From IMG/VR virus record IMGVR_UViG_3300005056_000001, positions 62,001 through 126,000 of that record: a stretch of 64,000 bases of DNA. One strand, written 5' to 3'. Shown here in pieces: positions 29,211 through 39,672 of this stretch; the stretch's first letter is position 1; the number at the start of each line of letters is the position of its first letter. The translations under genes were made by a program, and so were the position numbers. The notes under the pieces were generated by a model, which saw only the letters and a program-made list of their open reading frames with translations, searched no databases and was not told the DNA's origin.

Positions 29211-29761
29211 TTGTACTCTTTTTCTTCCGTGAATAAAAGATCTATATATTCCCTGTCCAAGTCAACAGGGCTAAATAGCGACATCAAAGGACTATTATTA
29301 TACGAAAGACTTTCCAAGAGTTCTTTCGGAACATCAATGGCGCAATTTAGAAACAGGTTCATGTTGTCCAAAAAGGCCTGTTTTGGGATGCTTATAATTA
29401 GTGTTGTGCAAATCTTCTTGGTGGATGGGTATAGCATCTGTTTTAGTATGGGGTTGCGGCGATACACATTGTCTTTTTTGCTTGGGTCGTTTTTTGGTGG
29501 GTTGCCTACGTTCACGATAATTGTTGTCTTGTTATCCTTGGCAGTCTCCGATTCTGTATTGTCCTCGCCCGTCTTCGTATAGAAATTCAATGTTAATTGT
29601 TCGATCATAATGTTAATATGTTGTTGATTAATAAATCTTTTTTTTGATGTAGTATTGTTTGTTTTAGAAACGAGTAATTCGGTTAGGGCACTAGAAAAGT
29701 CCTTGTCCAACACGAATGGTGTGTCTGTGATTCCAATGGTATTTTTTGGTTTCATGTTCAT
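29201..29761 (-). CDS. hypothetical protein
   Basis: Start reset from TTG 29848 to ATG 29761. Confidence 0.6.
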   Translation of the reverse strand: MNMKPKNTIGITDTPFVLDKDFSSALTELLVSKTNNTTSKKRFINQQHINIMIEQLTLNFYTKTGEDNTESETAKDNKTTIIVNVGNPPKNDPSKKDNVYRRNPILKQMLYPSTKKICTTLIISIPKQAFLDNMNLFLNCAIDVPKELLESLSYNNSPLMSLFSPVDLDREYIDLLFTEEKEYKCD

Positions 29762-29882
29762 GGTAACAGGATTTGGTTTTTTTGTATGCTCATTATGACA
29801 ATAAACGTTTTTGTTTTTATTATGAAACAAATGTGTGTATCGAAACAAAAACGTGTTCGTATATAAAAATATCTAATGCTTA

Positions 29883-29920
29883 CTGTTATTAGGCTTTTTG
29901 CCCAAAAACCCTAATAACAG
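29883..29920. terminator. hairpin in non-coding region
   Basis: CTGTTATTAGG..CCTAATAACAG stem extended by TTTTTG/CAAAAA. Confidence 0.55.
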
Positions 29921-30306
29921 CTATGCCACTCAACGCCTTTATGTATCGTATGTTCAGCATGTATTCTTGGTCGTTCATTTGTCAACGAAAAATGCGTAAA
30001 TATGGCAAAATACTCGATTCGAAACAAAAACGTGCATGAAAATGACAAAAAAAATGAAAATGACACCGAAAAAATGCACGAGCTTCAATGTGTCTGACGG
30101 TAAATATAGGGCTACACATACGATATATAAAGGCGTTGAGGCTTGTGATTGTGGAGCTGCAAAAATAGGTGTGTACCATTAAAACAAAAAATACTTATAG
30201 TGAGCCATTTTTGAGAGTAAGACAATCTAAAAAAATAGTAACACTTTTCCAAATGATAGTAATACTATCAAAACTAATTGTGTTACTATTTTTTGCAATA
30301 CTCTTA

Positions 30307-31698
30307 CTATTCATCGCCTATCATAATACTGTCACCGACACCATCACCATCTTTGTCACGTCCGTTGTGTCTCATAACAAACTCCTTCTCGCCTTTTTTG
30401 GTATAGAATGTAACCATTTGCTTCTCACCTTCTTTAACGCTTTGTTTGTCCAATGATTTGATGGCACTGTCGTTGTTACGGACATTTTCCTTGATGTGCA
30501 TCATTGTATTCTTTAGACGCCCTATTTCGTGATTGTCCAAGTCCTGTTTTTGTATCTTGTGCATAACGTTTTTAATGATATCCTCCTTGTCCACCAATCC
30601 TGCAACCATGTCTTCAACATAAACCCCGACGTCGGACTTAGTCTTGGCAAGTGCACGTTCTTGTACCTCTGTGGTCATGCGTTCCGATTTAGACTCAAGA
30701 ACCTTGGCAAGTTGTTTCGTGTGTTCATACAACATTTTCTCTTGTGCTATAGCCTGTACATTGAACGTTCTTGCCATTTCTTTAATTTTATCCACGGACT
30801 TGGTGTCCATGTTTTGTTCTAGCATCATTTCATAGGCAAACATTATACGCTCTATGTCATTGATTAGCCCTTCTGATATCGGAATATCTGACTCTGTATT
30901 AATAACCCCTATCTGTACATCATCCAATGCCTGTTGTGCCAACATATAGGAGTCCATGGCCGTCATTTTTGTGTCGGCAAGATCATCAACAAGATCATAA
31001 ACCCTGTTTTCAAGCCTGTCAATCTCGTCTCCTATAAATATATACATGGAATTGTTCATATTTTCAATAATACCATACAACTTCTCGATTTCATTTTCTT
31101 GGGCCTCATAATCGAGTGTGTATCCTCTCAGCCTTGTATCAATCATTTTGTCAATGTCTCCTGATATCATGAGCATGTCGGACTTGCTCAAGTTATGTTT
31201 TTCGCCAATAACAGGCTCCAATGCCCTTACTTGCGTGGCATAACCCTTGATTGCAATAGGAATGAATATTGCCAATATACCCCCCATTAGGATTGCAGGA
31301 AAGTTAAGTTCATAAAAGCCGACATTATCCTCCACAAGAGGTTTATATATTAATTTGTCCAAATAAAAAATCAGACCCAAACCAATTTCAAGATACGTAA
31401 ACATCTTGACTGAATATATTGCAGATACGTTGTCTTCGCTCGATCGTCCCACATAATATAGTAGTGCCCCGCTCAAAAACATTGCACCCAACAAGGAGAT
31501 TAGAAAACTTGCCACGACATTCTCAAACGGGTTCACGATGGTAAATGCCAAAAACATATGGGCACCCTGAACCAAGACCCCCAAGACCGCCAACGCAAAG
31601 CCCATTCCACGGGAAGAATATGAGATTGCCCATTTCATCAGGGGCATTATTTCCCTGTTGATTCCCGAGTCTTTTGTTATAGATTCTTTCTTATCCAT
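30307..31698 (-). CDS. membrane protein (about 4 N-terminal TM helices) with long coiled-coil C-terminus
   Basis: Hydrophobic segments in residues ~30-150, then an acidic heptad-rich region. Confidence 0.8.
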   Translation of the reverse strand: MDKKESITKDSGINREIMPLMKWAISYSSRGMGFALAVLGVLVQGAHMFLAFTIVNPFENVVASFLISLLGAMFLSGALLYYVGRSSEDNVSAIYSVKMFTYLEIGLGLIFYLDKLIYKPLVEDNVGFYELNFPAILMGGILAIFIPIAIKGYATQVRALEPVIGEKHNLSKSDMLMISGDIDKMIDTRLRGYTLDYEAQENEIEKLYGIIENMNNSMYIFIGDEIDRLENRVYDLVDDLADTKMTAMDSYMLAQQALDDVQIGVINTESDIPISEGLINDIERIMFAYEMMLEQNMDTKSVDKIKEMARTFNVQAIAQEKMLYEHTKQLAKVLESKSERMTTEVQERALAKTKSDVGVYVEDMVAGLVDKEDIIKNVMHKIQKQDLDNHEIGRLKNTMMHIKENVRNNDSAIKSLDKQSVKEGEKQMVTFYTKKGEKEFVMRHNGRDKDGDGVGDSIMIGDE

Positions 31699-31865
31699 TT
31701 TATTTTAATGATTAGTGAAAAATGTTATTTATTTTATGTAAAGATACTAATTTATTGTCTTTTATTGTATTATATGTAGCTAAAAAATTATTTTTAAGGA
31801 TTATTATTCATTTTCAAATATTATGTTTATATTGTGACAAATCATAATCACAAAAACAAATTGTA

Positions 31866-31911
31866 TTGCAGGATTCCTGCAAACATCATGTCTATTGCAA
31901 TAGTCCTGCAA
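31866..31911. promoter_or_regulatory. paired operator-like TTGCA-N7-TGCAA sites
   Basis: TTGCAGGATTCCTGCAA (31866-31882, perfect arms) and TTGCAATAGTCCTGCAA (31895-31911) in the main divergent intergenic region. Confidence 0.5.
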
Positions 31912-32162
31912 TAACAATCAAAAAAGTACAAGTATGAACAAAACGACATATTAGACTACGACGAGCCCATTAATATTCCTGTATATAAAACACTAAAATT
32001 CTATGTCGGACTAGTGAAAATAACATTGGAATTTAATATAATTTTCTGTTTTTGTAGTTCTGTGTTATACGCCTTGTGGGGCAGCGACAGATGGCTGTGT
32101 AGGCTGTGTATATGTATAGGGCTTGCTGTGTTATATCTCATATTTATAACTATTAGAAATAA

Positions 32163-32351
32163 ATGGACAAGTTTGAAGTTTTAGACGATATGGATTTAGG
32201 GAATGACTCGGTTTACAAATCGAGGGCTGAACAACTAATGGAAATTCTATTAACTGTTATGCTTGGTATTGGTATCGTCACCCCTTTTGCCTGTATTTTA
32301 TTCCCCTATGTCTTTGACTTGGTTTTGTATATTTACGGATTGCAAAAATAA
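32163..32351 (+). CDS. small membrane protein (62 aa)
   Basis: One hydrophobic helix. Confidence 0.55.
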   Translation: MDKFEVLDDMDLGNDSVYKSRAEQLMEILLTVMLGIGIVTPFACILFPYVFDLVLYIYGLQK

Positions 32352-32440
32352 ACAACAGTTTGTCAAAAATTTATACATTCATACAAAAATCCAAGATATT
32401 ATGCTTATGTTTGTGTCGAACAATAACCAAAAACAACAAA

Positions 32441-32641
32441 ATGGGAATTAATATTAAACTAGGAAGGGATTACTATTCATTCGAGACAGGCGACACACTC
32501 ACACTGAGTTCGAATCACAAAAGCTTTGCATTAAAAAGAGGAGAAGAAGGATTGGGTTCGGTCAGTCATCAGGTAGTAGACAGTATCCTTGATGATCTGA
32601 ACAAAACATGTCCATACCCATTGACTTTTGTGGTTAAGTAG
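32441..32641 (+). CDS. hypothetical protein (66 aa)
   Basis: Start reset to ATG 32441 after an A-rich leader. Confidence 0.6.
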   Translation: MGINIKLGRDYYSFETGDTLTLSSNHKSFALKRGEEGLGSVSHQVVDSILDDLNKTCPYPLTFVVK

Positions 32642-32653
32642 ACAGTATATTCT

Positions 32654-32718
32654 AAAACAAAACAAAACAAAACAAAACAAAACAAAACAAAACAAAACAA
32701 AACAAAACAAAACAAAAC
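32654..32718 (+). repeat. (AAAAC)13 microsatellite
   Basis: 13 perfect units, ending 10 nt before the ATG at 32729. Confidence 0.97.
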
Positions 32719-32728
32719 AACACAAGCA

Positions 32729-33010
32729 ATGAAAGCAAAATTCGAAGAAGACGACAGAGTGGTATACGACGGTTTGGTTGCTATTGTTGACCGAGTGAAT
32801 ACACATGGTGGCCGTATTAGTTACGACCTAACATCCGATGTGGATCCTGAATTGACATGTACAGCAAACGAGGTCGATTGCGAGAAGTACGACTGTGATA
32901 ACGACTTGGAACAAGAAAACACCCTAAAGCGTATCGGAATCAACAACAGACTAATGACACAAAGAATTGCCTCCACAACATACAAGCACCTAAGAGACGG
33001 TACCCATTGA
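32729..33010 (+). CDS. hypothetical protein (93 aa)
   Basis: KFEEDDRVVY..AIV, KOW/SH3-like start. Confidence 0.7.
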   Translation: MKAKFEEDDRVVYDGLVAIVDRVNTHGGRISYDLTSDVDPELTCTANEVDCEKYDCDNDLEQENTLKRIGINNRLMTQRIASTTYKHLRDGTH

Positions 33011-33029
33011 TCATATCACAACACAACAA

Positions 33030-33365
33030 ATGAAACCCAATCCGAACATATTTGAGTTATGCAAGAAGGCATTCGCCGAAAACGAGTTTGTACTATATCA
33101 AATGGGCACGGAGGTCAAGCTGACTCGGTACTATGGGTTCATACTTCTTCGATACAACAAGAAAACCAAGAACACACATGTCATAAGGGTTGCCAATATC
33201 AGAAACCTGATTAATCTTTGTCACAAAAAAGGTTTCACCACCCACAACCCCTGCGGAATCTCCAAAAAACATTACACTTTTCAGAAAGGGGCAATTCTTA
33301 ACGAATACTACAAGGGTGATCGAAGAACCGATTTGGTTGATTTAAAATATACCAAGAAACAATAA
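33030..33365 (+). CDS. hypothetical protein (111 aa)
   Basis: ORF in run. Confidence 0.7.
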   Translation: MKPNPNIFELCKKAFAENEFVLYQMGTEVKLTRYYGFILLRYNKKTKNTHVIRVANIRNLINLCHKKGFTTHNPCGISKKHYTFQKGAILNEYYKGDRRTDLVDLKYTKKQ

Positions 33366-33394
33366 CAGAAACAATAACCAAGAAACAACAACAC

Positions 33395-33916
33395 ATGATG
33401 ACAACATACGGGGTAATCACCAACCCACAACCCGAACTAAACGACGATGGAACACCGATATACTTCGACAAGAATGGCTTCGTAACAATCGGATATCACA
33501 CAGAAAACAATGGCATATCAAAGGTTACATGGGCCAATGATGTGGCCAAGTTCCTGCCCGACTATCAACGTATCTATCCTTTACACAAGCCTGCCAATGG
33601 CATCAAGACCATTGGCGACCTAAAGAGAAGCGTCGAGGCAAAGCCCAAGGGTTTAATCACAAAATGTTTCGTAGAGACTCCGCTGTCGTCCCGACTTTGG
33701 GCCATCTTTTATTGTGAGGCTGTTGATGAGGCAGCAAAGCAGAAAGAAAGCGGACTTCTGACCCAAGAAGAAGATTTTGAATGTCAAAGATTGTCAAGAA
33801 AATTGGTTCCTGAGATTGAAAGCTCTGTTTTGACATGGATACAACACGGAATGCCACACATAGAAAAAATATTGGAGCAACAAAAAATCGAAAATGAGCA
33901 ACAAAAAGATATATGA
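33395..33916 (+). CDS. hypothetical protein (173 aa)
   Basis: ORF in run. Confidence 0.7.
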   Translation: MMTTYGVITNPQPELNDDGTPIYFDKNGFVTIGYHTENNGISKVTWANDVAKFLPDYQRIYPLHKPANGIKTIGDLKRSVEAKPKGLITKCFVETPLSSRLWAIFYCEAVDEAAKQKESGLLTQEEDFECQRLSRKLVPEIESSVLTWIQHGMPHIEKILEQQKIENEQQKDI

Positions 33917-34208
33917 ATTTATAAAAATTGAGTCCGAGTCGATTGGTGAGGACATTGTGTTGGAGCCATACAACGAAGAATGGAATTATCTTGTTCCTGT
34001 ATGGCAAATGTGCGACGGGATTATAAAAGAATATTACCTAGACTCTCGACTTGATGCTCCACACACCGACACAATTGAGAATATTAGCGTGGCGATTATG
34101 TGTGACAAAGACGAATGTTACAAATACATCTGCGATTTCGTTTGTTTGTGGTTAGATATTCGGGAGGACGTGATTGGTTCCCAAGTAAATCAAAAAATAA
34201 ATTATTAA
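33894..34208 (+). CDS. hypothetical protein (104 aa)
   Basis: ORF in run. Confidence 0.7.
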   Translation: MSNKKIYEFIKIESESIGEDIVLEPYNEEWNYLVPVWQMCDGIIKEYYLDSRLDAPHTDTIENISVAIMCDKDECYKYICDFVCLWLDIREDVIGSQVNQKINY

Positions 34209-34224
34209 CATTATAATCATAAAA

Positions 34225-36384
34225 ATGATAGACATAAAGATGGTGAGAATGCAAGAGTGGTCTGTGGGCGACAAGCCCTTGCGACACGTCACTAAAGTAC
34301 TAGGAAAGGTTGGAGTCCTGAATATCACACAGGCAGAAAACCTGATATGGAATCTGACACAGGTCATTAAATCTCACAATTGGTGCTATTCGGTAAAAAA
34401 TAGCCCTGTGATTTCGGATTCCGAATATGACGTGTTGTTTAACCGCCTTGTTGAGTTGGAACAAAAATATCCGTCATTGCTAAAGTCAGACTCTCCGACA
34501 CAAGGCGTTTCCGACGACAGCAATAACACCGACAAGTTCAAACATTTGAGTCCTATTTTGTCCCTTAAAAACTCTTATAACGAGGAAGACCTAAACAATT
34601 TCGACGACACCATAAGAAACATGGTAGGGTTTTCGGAGTTGCCTGTTATTGAATATTGTGTGGAACCAAAGTTTGATGGTGGCACAATCGTATTGGTATA
34701 CGAAAACGACGATTTGTTGCGTGGTGCCACAAGAGGTGACGGTATCAGCGGCGACAATATTAGTGTGACGGCAAATGCCATTGAGTCTATTCCTATGAAG
34801 GCATTGTTCTCCAAGTACGGAATACACAAGGCCGAGTTAAGGGGCGAGGCCATTATACAAAAAGACTTGTTTGTTGTCATAAACGAAAAAAGGGCAACAA
34901 AAGGAAAACAAATCTTTGCCAATCCACGAAATGCTGCCACAGGAGGACTACAGCTCAAGACATCTGCCGAGGTAAAAGAAAGAGGACTAACAGCATTTAT
35001 TTTCCAACTGAGCCATGCCGAGGACATAAACGGGAAGTGTATGCTTAATAAGTTCGGAACACACAACGAACTTGTGGATATGTTGTCTGATTTGGGATTT
35101 AAAGTGCCTGTGTATGGCATGGAGCGTCAGGTGTATAACAACATAACAGACGTCAACAAACATTGCCAAGAATGGGAACGTAAGCGTGAGGAATATCCGT
35201 TTGAGATTGATGGCATGGTCATAAAGGTTAATCTGTTGGGTCATCAAAAAACCTGTGGACACACCAATCACCACCCACGTTGGGCAATCGCCTATAAATT
35301 CAAGGCAAAGCAGGCAACCACAACATTGTTGGATGTCGAATACCAAATCGGACGAACAGGAGCAATAACCCCTGTCGGAAAACTAGAACCTGTTCAGTTG
35401 GCGGGTGTTACTATTTCGAGCGTGTCACTACACAATGCCGATTTCATACTCAAAAAAGGCTTGTTGATTGGCGACAAGATATTATTGGAACGTGCAGGCG
35501 ATGTGATTCCATACGTTGTCAAGCCACTGACAAAAATGCGTGACGGTACCGAAAAAGAAATTGTATTCCCCACGAATTGTATAAAATGCGACAGTGTTTT
35601 GGTGCGTCCAACGGGTGAGGCAATTTGGAGGTGTGAAAATACTTCCTGTGAAGGCAAAGTAATTAACAGCCTAATACATTTTGTGTCAAAGGATGCAATG
35701 GATATACAGGGCTTTGGGAAAAGCTATATCGAACGATTCTACAAGGAGGGCCTGTTGTCCAATATTACCGATATCTACAAATTGGACTATGTCGCCATCG
35801 AGTCTTTGTCGGGTTTTGGCAAAAAGTCGGTCGATAAATTAAAAATTGCCATCGAGCAAAGCAAATCAAAGACTTCTGCCCGATTATTATATGCACTAGG
35901 AATCAGATTCATAGGACGCACGGTTTCCAAGATACTAATGGGAGAGGTAAAACGAATTCAAGACCTCGAACATCTAACCATAGAGCAATTGATGTCTTTG
36001 GAGGATATTGGACATGTTGTGGGAGGACAAATAATCGAACACATGCGCAATCCACAAATATTGGACACCATCAACCAACTCGAACGGCTCGGTGTCAATG
36101 TATGGCAATTAGAGTCTGAAATGCCCGTGGTTGTCAATGTGGATGATCCTTTTAATGGTCTAACATTTTTGTTCACAGGGAAATTTGAAAAGATGTCCCG
36201 TGTCGAGGCAAAGAAGATGGTCGAGGACTTGGGCGGGAAAGCCTCTAGCGGTGTCAGTAAAAGCCTGAGTTATTTGGTTGTCGGCGAAAAGGCAGGATCA
36301 AAACTAAAAAAAGCAAAGGCACTTGGTGTGGATATTTTGTCGGAGTCCGAGTTTTTGGACATGATCACAAAACAAGGCAAATAA
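34225..36384 (+). CDS. ligA: NAD-dependent DNA ligase
   Basis: ISDSEYD (domain Ia), EPKFDG adenylation motif, ATRGDG, NPRNAA, EIDGMVIK, zinc finger, HhH repeats, C-terminal BRCT (FLFTGK..GEKAGSKLKKA). Confidence 0.98.
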   Translation: MIDIKMVRMQEWSVGDKPLRHVTKVLGKVGVLNITQAENLIWNLTQVIKSHNWCYSVKNSPVISDSEYDVLFNRLVELEQKYPSLLKSDSPTQGVSDDSNNTDKFKHLSPILSLKNSYNEEDLNNFDDTIRNMVGFSELPVIEYCVEPKFDGGTIVLVYENDDLLRGATRGDGISGDNISVTANAIESIPMKALFSKYGIHKAELRGEAIIQKDLFVVINEKRATKGKQIFANPRNAATGGLQLKTSAEVKERGLTAFIFQLSHAEDINGKCMLNKFGTHNELVDMLSDLGFKVPVYGMERQVYNNITDVNKHCQEWERKREEYPFEIDGMVIKVNLLGHQKTCGHTNHHPRWAIAYKFKAKQATTTLLDVEYQIGRTGAITPVGKLEPVQLAGVTISSVSLHNADFILKKGLLIGDKILLERAGDVIPYVVKPLTKMRDGTEKEIVFPTNCIKCDSVLVRPTGEAIWRCENTSCEGKVINSLIHFVSKDAMDIQGFGKSYIERFYKEGLLSNITDIYKLDYVAIESLSGFGKKSVDKLKIAIEQSKSKTSARLLYALGIRFIGRTVSKILMGEVKRIQDLEHLTIEQLMSLEDIGHVVGGQIIEHMRNPQILDTINQLERLGVNVWQLESEMPVVVNVDDPFNGLTFLFTGKFEKMSRVEAKKMVEDLGGKASSGVSKSLSYLVVGEKAGSKLKKAKALGVDILSESEFLDMITKQGK

Positions 36385-36469
36385 AACTTGTGTTTTATTT
36401 TGTTCCTATGAAATAATACCCTAGATTGTGCATTCAAAATATATATATTAACAAAAACGTAAGATCGTA

Positions 36470-37405
36470 ATGGAAATTAATCAAAGTAATAGCACCCTAA
36501 ATAACAAAGAGATTGAAAGCGTATTTTTTACCCCATCAAAGAAGCCCCAAGTGTTTTGGACTACAATGACACCAATCATTGCCAAGCGTTTGTATGAGCA
36601 GATTACCCCAAACACACCACAGCGCAGATTTGACAAAAGATTTGCCAAATTCCTGTCATATCTAATGAAAGAAGGGTTGTGGATGTTTAATGGCGACACA
36701 TTCAGACAAGACAGCGACGGCAACACGGCGGATGCCCAACACAGAACATGGGCATGTGTTGATTCGGGGGTCTCGTTTCCTTGTATTTTTGTAAAGGGAT
36801 TGCATCCCAACGCAATTAAAACAATTGACACAGGACAAAAGGTTCGAACACTTGCCGATGTTCTTGAGATTGAGATGGGTGACCGTATAAAATACTACAA
36901 AGAGACCGCTGCTGCTGCCTGTTTTATTATGGATTACGAACAGAAAGGTTTGGAATCGTTTAGTTCAAACGGGAATAGCGATGTGCACTCAATCAACTTC
37001 ACGGATTGGGTTTTGAACAACCGAAGTATCGTGCAATTCGTGGAGACCGAAATGAATGAATACAAAAAGGGCTATAAAAAAATTCGTTCAAAGTTACACC
37101 TTGGGTTAAAATGGATCCTAACGGACTTCAACAGCCAAAACAAGGATGAGGCCGCAGACTTCTTTAACAAGCTATCAACAGGTCTAATTTCTGACGAAAC
37201 AAGTCCTCTGTACATCCTAAAAAGAAAGTTGGATTCAAACAGCGATGTAAGCGACAAAAGAATGCGCCTGAGTCCGAGAGAGGTTATCTTTTGTATAATT
37301 CGGACATGGAATGCAATGGTTGATGGCGAGACCATTAAACGGTTGACCATTAAAACCGATGTTGTGATTCCTGCGATTAAGTCTTTTAATACAGACAAGA
37401 AGTAA
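36470..37405 (+). CDS. ParB-like N-terminal domain DNA-binding protein
   Basis: W.FNGDTF..DG...DAQHR..A..SG..ID.G..RTLADVL pattern of phage ParB-like proteins. Confidence 0.75.
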   Translation: MEINQSNSTLNNKEIESVFFTPSKKPQVFWTTMTPIIAKRLYEQITPNTPQRRFDKRFAKFLSYLMKEGLWMFNGDTFRQDSDGNTADAQHRTWACVDSGVSFPCIFVKGLHPNAIKTIDTGQKVRTLADVLEIEMGDRIKYYKETAAAACFIMDYEQKGLESFSSNGNSDVHSINFTDWVLNNRSIVQFVETEMNEYKKGYKKIRSKLHLGLKWILTDFNSQNKDEAADFFNKLSTGLISDETSPLYILKRKLDSNSDVSDKRMRLSPREVIFCIIRTWNAMVDGETIKRLTIKTDVVIPAIKSFNTDKK

Positions 37406-37413
37406 GATGTGAT

Positions 37414-37452
37414 ACACCCTCCTGCTATATTTTTTTGTGGGAGGGTGTTTTG
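37414..37452 (+). terminator. rho-independent terminator
   Basis: ACACCCTCCTGC / GTGGGAGGGTGT stem followed by TTTG. Confidence 0.7.
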
Positions 37453-37511
37453 TTTTATGGGTTGGACTAAAAACCGTGCTTGGTGTTATTAAATAATCAA
37501 AAAATAATATA

Positions 37512-38198
37512 ATGAAAACAACGAACAAAATAAATACTACCATTCTAAAATTACTTACATCAGGAAGTCGCAAAGACATAGATCATGCAATGTCAGTGTT
37601 TCGTGATGAAGATGTGGATGTGTTATGCATGTTCCCAAAAATAGTTGACACGTTCGAATTTCTGCTAGGTCATGGCAAGGTAAACCCCACGGACGATTTG
37701 CTTTTTAAGGCCGAGCAGGTCTTTAGGGTGGAGGGTTTATATTTAGTGAATAAACAATTGACGAGTCCCCCAATACTTGATGGTTTGGTGAATCTAGATT
37801 CGCTATTTTTATCGAATAATCAATTGACGATTCCTCCAATACTTGACGGGTTAGTAAACCTAACATATTTAGGGTTAGAGAACAATCAATTGACGATTCC
37901 CCCAATACTTCATGGGTTAAATAACTTGATATATTTATATCTAGAGAACAACCAACTAACCACACCACCGATTTTTGACGGTTTAGTGAACCTAAAATCT
38001 TTATGGTTGAATAATAACCAACTAGCTAACACTCCATCACTCGAAGGGTTGGTAAAGTTGGAGTTTTTGCATTTAAGCGACAATAAACTAAAAACACCGC
38101 CAAATCTTGATGGCTTGGTCAAGTTACAGGAGATATACTTAAGCCGCAATCCACTAGGTAACCCACCAACCCACAAAAGCGCAGTAATTCATATTTAA
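37512..38198 (+). CDS. LRR protein, family A (7 modules)
   Basis: Cap LKLLTSGSRKDIDHAM..DVLCMFP; ends THKSAVIHI. Confidence 0.95.
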   Translation: MKTTNKINTTILKLLTSGSRKDIDHAMSVFRDEDVDVLCMFPKIVDTFEFLLGHGKVNPTDDLLFKAEQVFRVEGLYLVNKQLTSPPILDGLVNLDSLFLSNNQLTIPPILDGLVNLTYLGLENNQLTIPPILHGLNNLIYLYLENNQLTTPPIFDGLVNLKSLWLNNNQLANTPSLEGLVKLEFLHLSDNKLKTPPNLDGLVKLQEIYLSRNPLGNPPTHKSAVIHI

Positions 38199-38201
38199 GA
38201 C

Positions 38202-38284
38202 AAGTGTTAAAATTTTGTTAAAATATCCATTATTCTTTGATGGTGTCTAAATAAACACGTACTTGGTGTTATTAAATAATCAAA
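38202..38284 (+). repeat. 83-bp direct repeat, copy 1 (promoter module)
   Basis: Near-identical to 40319-40401; its 3' part (CTTGGTGTTATTAAATAATCAAA) also precedes the gene at 37512. Confidence 0.95.
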
Positions 38285-38295
38285 TAGTAAATATC

Positions 38296-39050
38296 ATGAA
38301 AACTCGGAAAGAAATCGGCGAATCCATCATTATTGAATTACTTACACTAGGAAATCGTGATGATATAACCCGTGCAATGGATATATTTCGTAATGGAAAA
38401 GTGAATATATTAAGTATGTTCCCGAAAATACTCGACACCTTTGAGCTTCTGCTAAGCCATAACAAGGTAAACCCCACAGACGATTTGTTTTCAAAGACCG
38501 AGCAGGTATTTAGGTTGGAGTATTTATACTTGAACTACATTCAACTAACGACCCACCAATACTTGATGGTTTGGTAAACCTACAGGATCTTTATCTGAAC
38601 AACAACCAACTAACCACACCTCCAATACTTGATGGATTGGTAAACATAAGGTTGTTAGACCTAGAGTACAACCAATTAACCACACCACCGAATCTTAAAT
38701 CTTTGATAAACTTGGAGTTTTTAGAACTGAACGACAACCAACTAACGACACTACCGAATCTTGAAGGTTTATTAAAGTTAAAGAGGTTAGACTTGGACTA
38801 CAACCAATTAACGAACCCGCCACTGCTTAATGGTTTGGTAAATCTAAGACAGCTATTGTTGGGCGACAACCAATTGACTACACCGCCAATACTCGAAGGT
38901 TTGGTAAGGTTAGAGCATTTGGATTTAGATAATAACCAATTAATCACACCGCCGAATCTTGACGGATTACTCGATTTACAGGATGTGTATTTGAGCGGTA
39001 ACCAATTTACCACTCCACCAAGCCACCCACACGCCGAAATACGCATTTAA
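38296..39050 (+). pseudogene. LRR gene, family A, split by a 1-bp deletion (8 modules when rejoined)
   Basis: ACG ACC CAC CAA at 38548-38559 versus the consensus ACC CCA CCA: one C is missing from a C-run at 38552-38554. This joins ORFs 38296-38577 and 38571-39050. Confidence 0.85.
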
Positions 39051-39073
39051 ACATATCAAAACAGTACCACATT

Positions 39074-39649
39074 ATGAAAAATCAAAAACATATACTAGAA
39101 ATATATAATTTTTTACTCAATTATGGAGAAGTCAAGCCAACAGACGACCTGTCCGCCAAGGTCGAAGAGCTCGAAAAAATAACAATTTTGGACTTGAGAT
39201 ATAGAAAATTGACTAGTATACCAAGCCTAGAGGCATTGGTGAATTTAGAACTCTTGGATTTGGACAATAACGACCTGACCGATCCTCCAATACTCAAGGG
39301 CTTGGTAAATCTAAAGCAGTTGTATTTGGGCCATAACCAACTTGAAACCCCTCCAAATCTTGAAGGATTGGTAAAATTAAATGTTTTAGCCTTAAACGAC
39401 AACCAACTAACAACCCCACCAAACCTAGAAGGGTTATCAATACTGAACGTTTTATATTTAGACAACAATAAACTGATGACGACACCCAATCTTGATGGGC
39501 TGTCAAACCTAGAGCGTGTACATTTAAACGGTAATCACCTAAGCACACCACCGAACCTAGAAGGCTTAAACAGATTAACATGGGCACGTTTTGAGAACAA
39601 CCCACTAACAACCCCACCAACACACCCAACAGCGACAATTGATATTTAA
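39074..39649 (+). CDS. LRR protein, family A, short-cap type (7 modules)
   Basis: Begins at the ILE.Y.FLL..G.VK.TDDL part of the cap; ends THPTATIDI. Confidence 0.95.
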   Translation: MKNQKHILEIYNFLLNYGEVKPTDDLSAKVEELEKITILDLRYRKLTSIPSLEALVNLELLDLDNNDLTDPPILKGLVNLKQLYLGHNQLETPPNLEGLVKLNVLALNDNQLTTPPNLEGLSILNVLYLDNNKLMTTPNLDGLSNLERVHLNGNHLSTPPNLEGLNRLTWARFENNPLTTPPTHPTATIDI

Positions 39650-39672
39650 GGATATATTAAAAACATTACACC

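Noticed and set aside
32531-32806. Minus-strand ORF with FVLFC repeats
   Set aside because: A translation artefact of the (AAAAC)13 tract.
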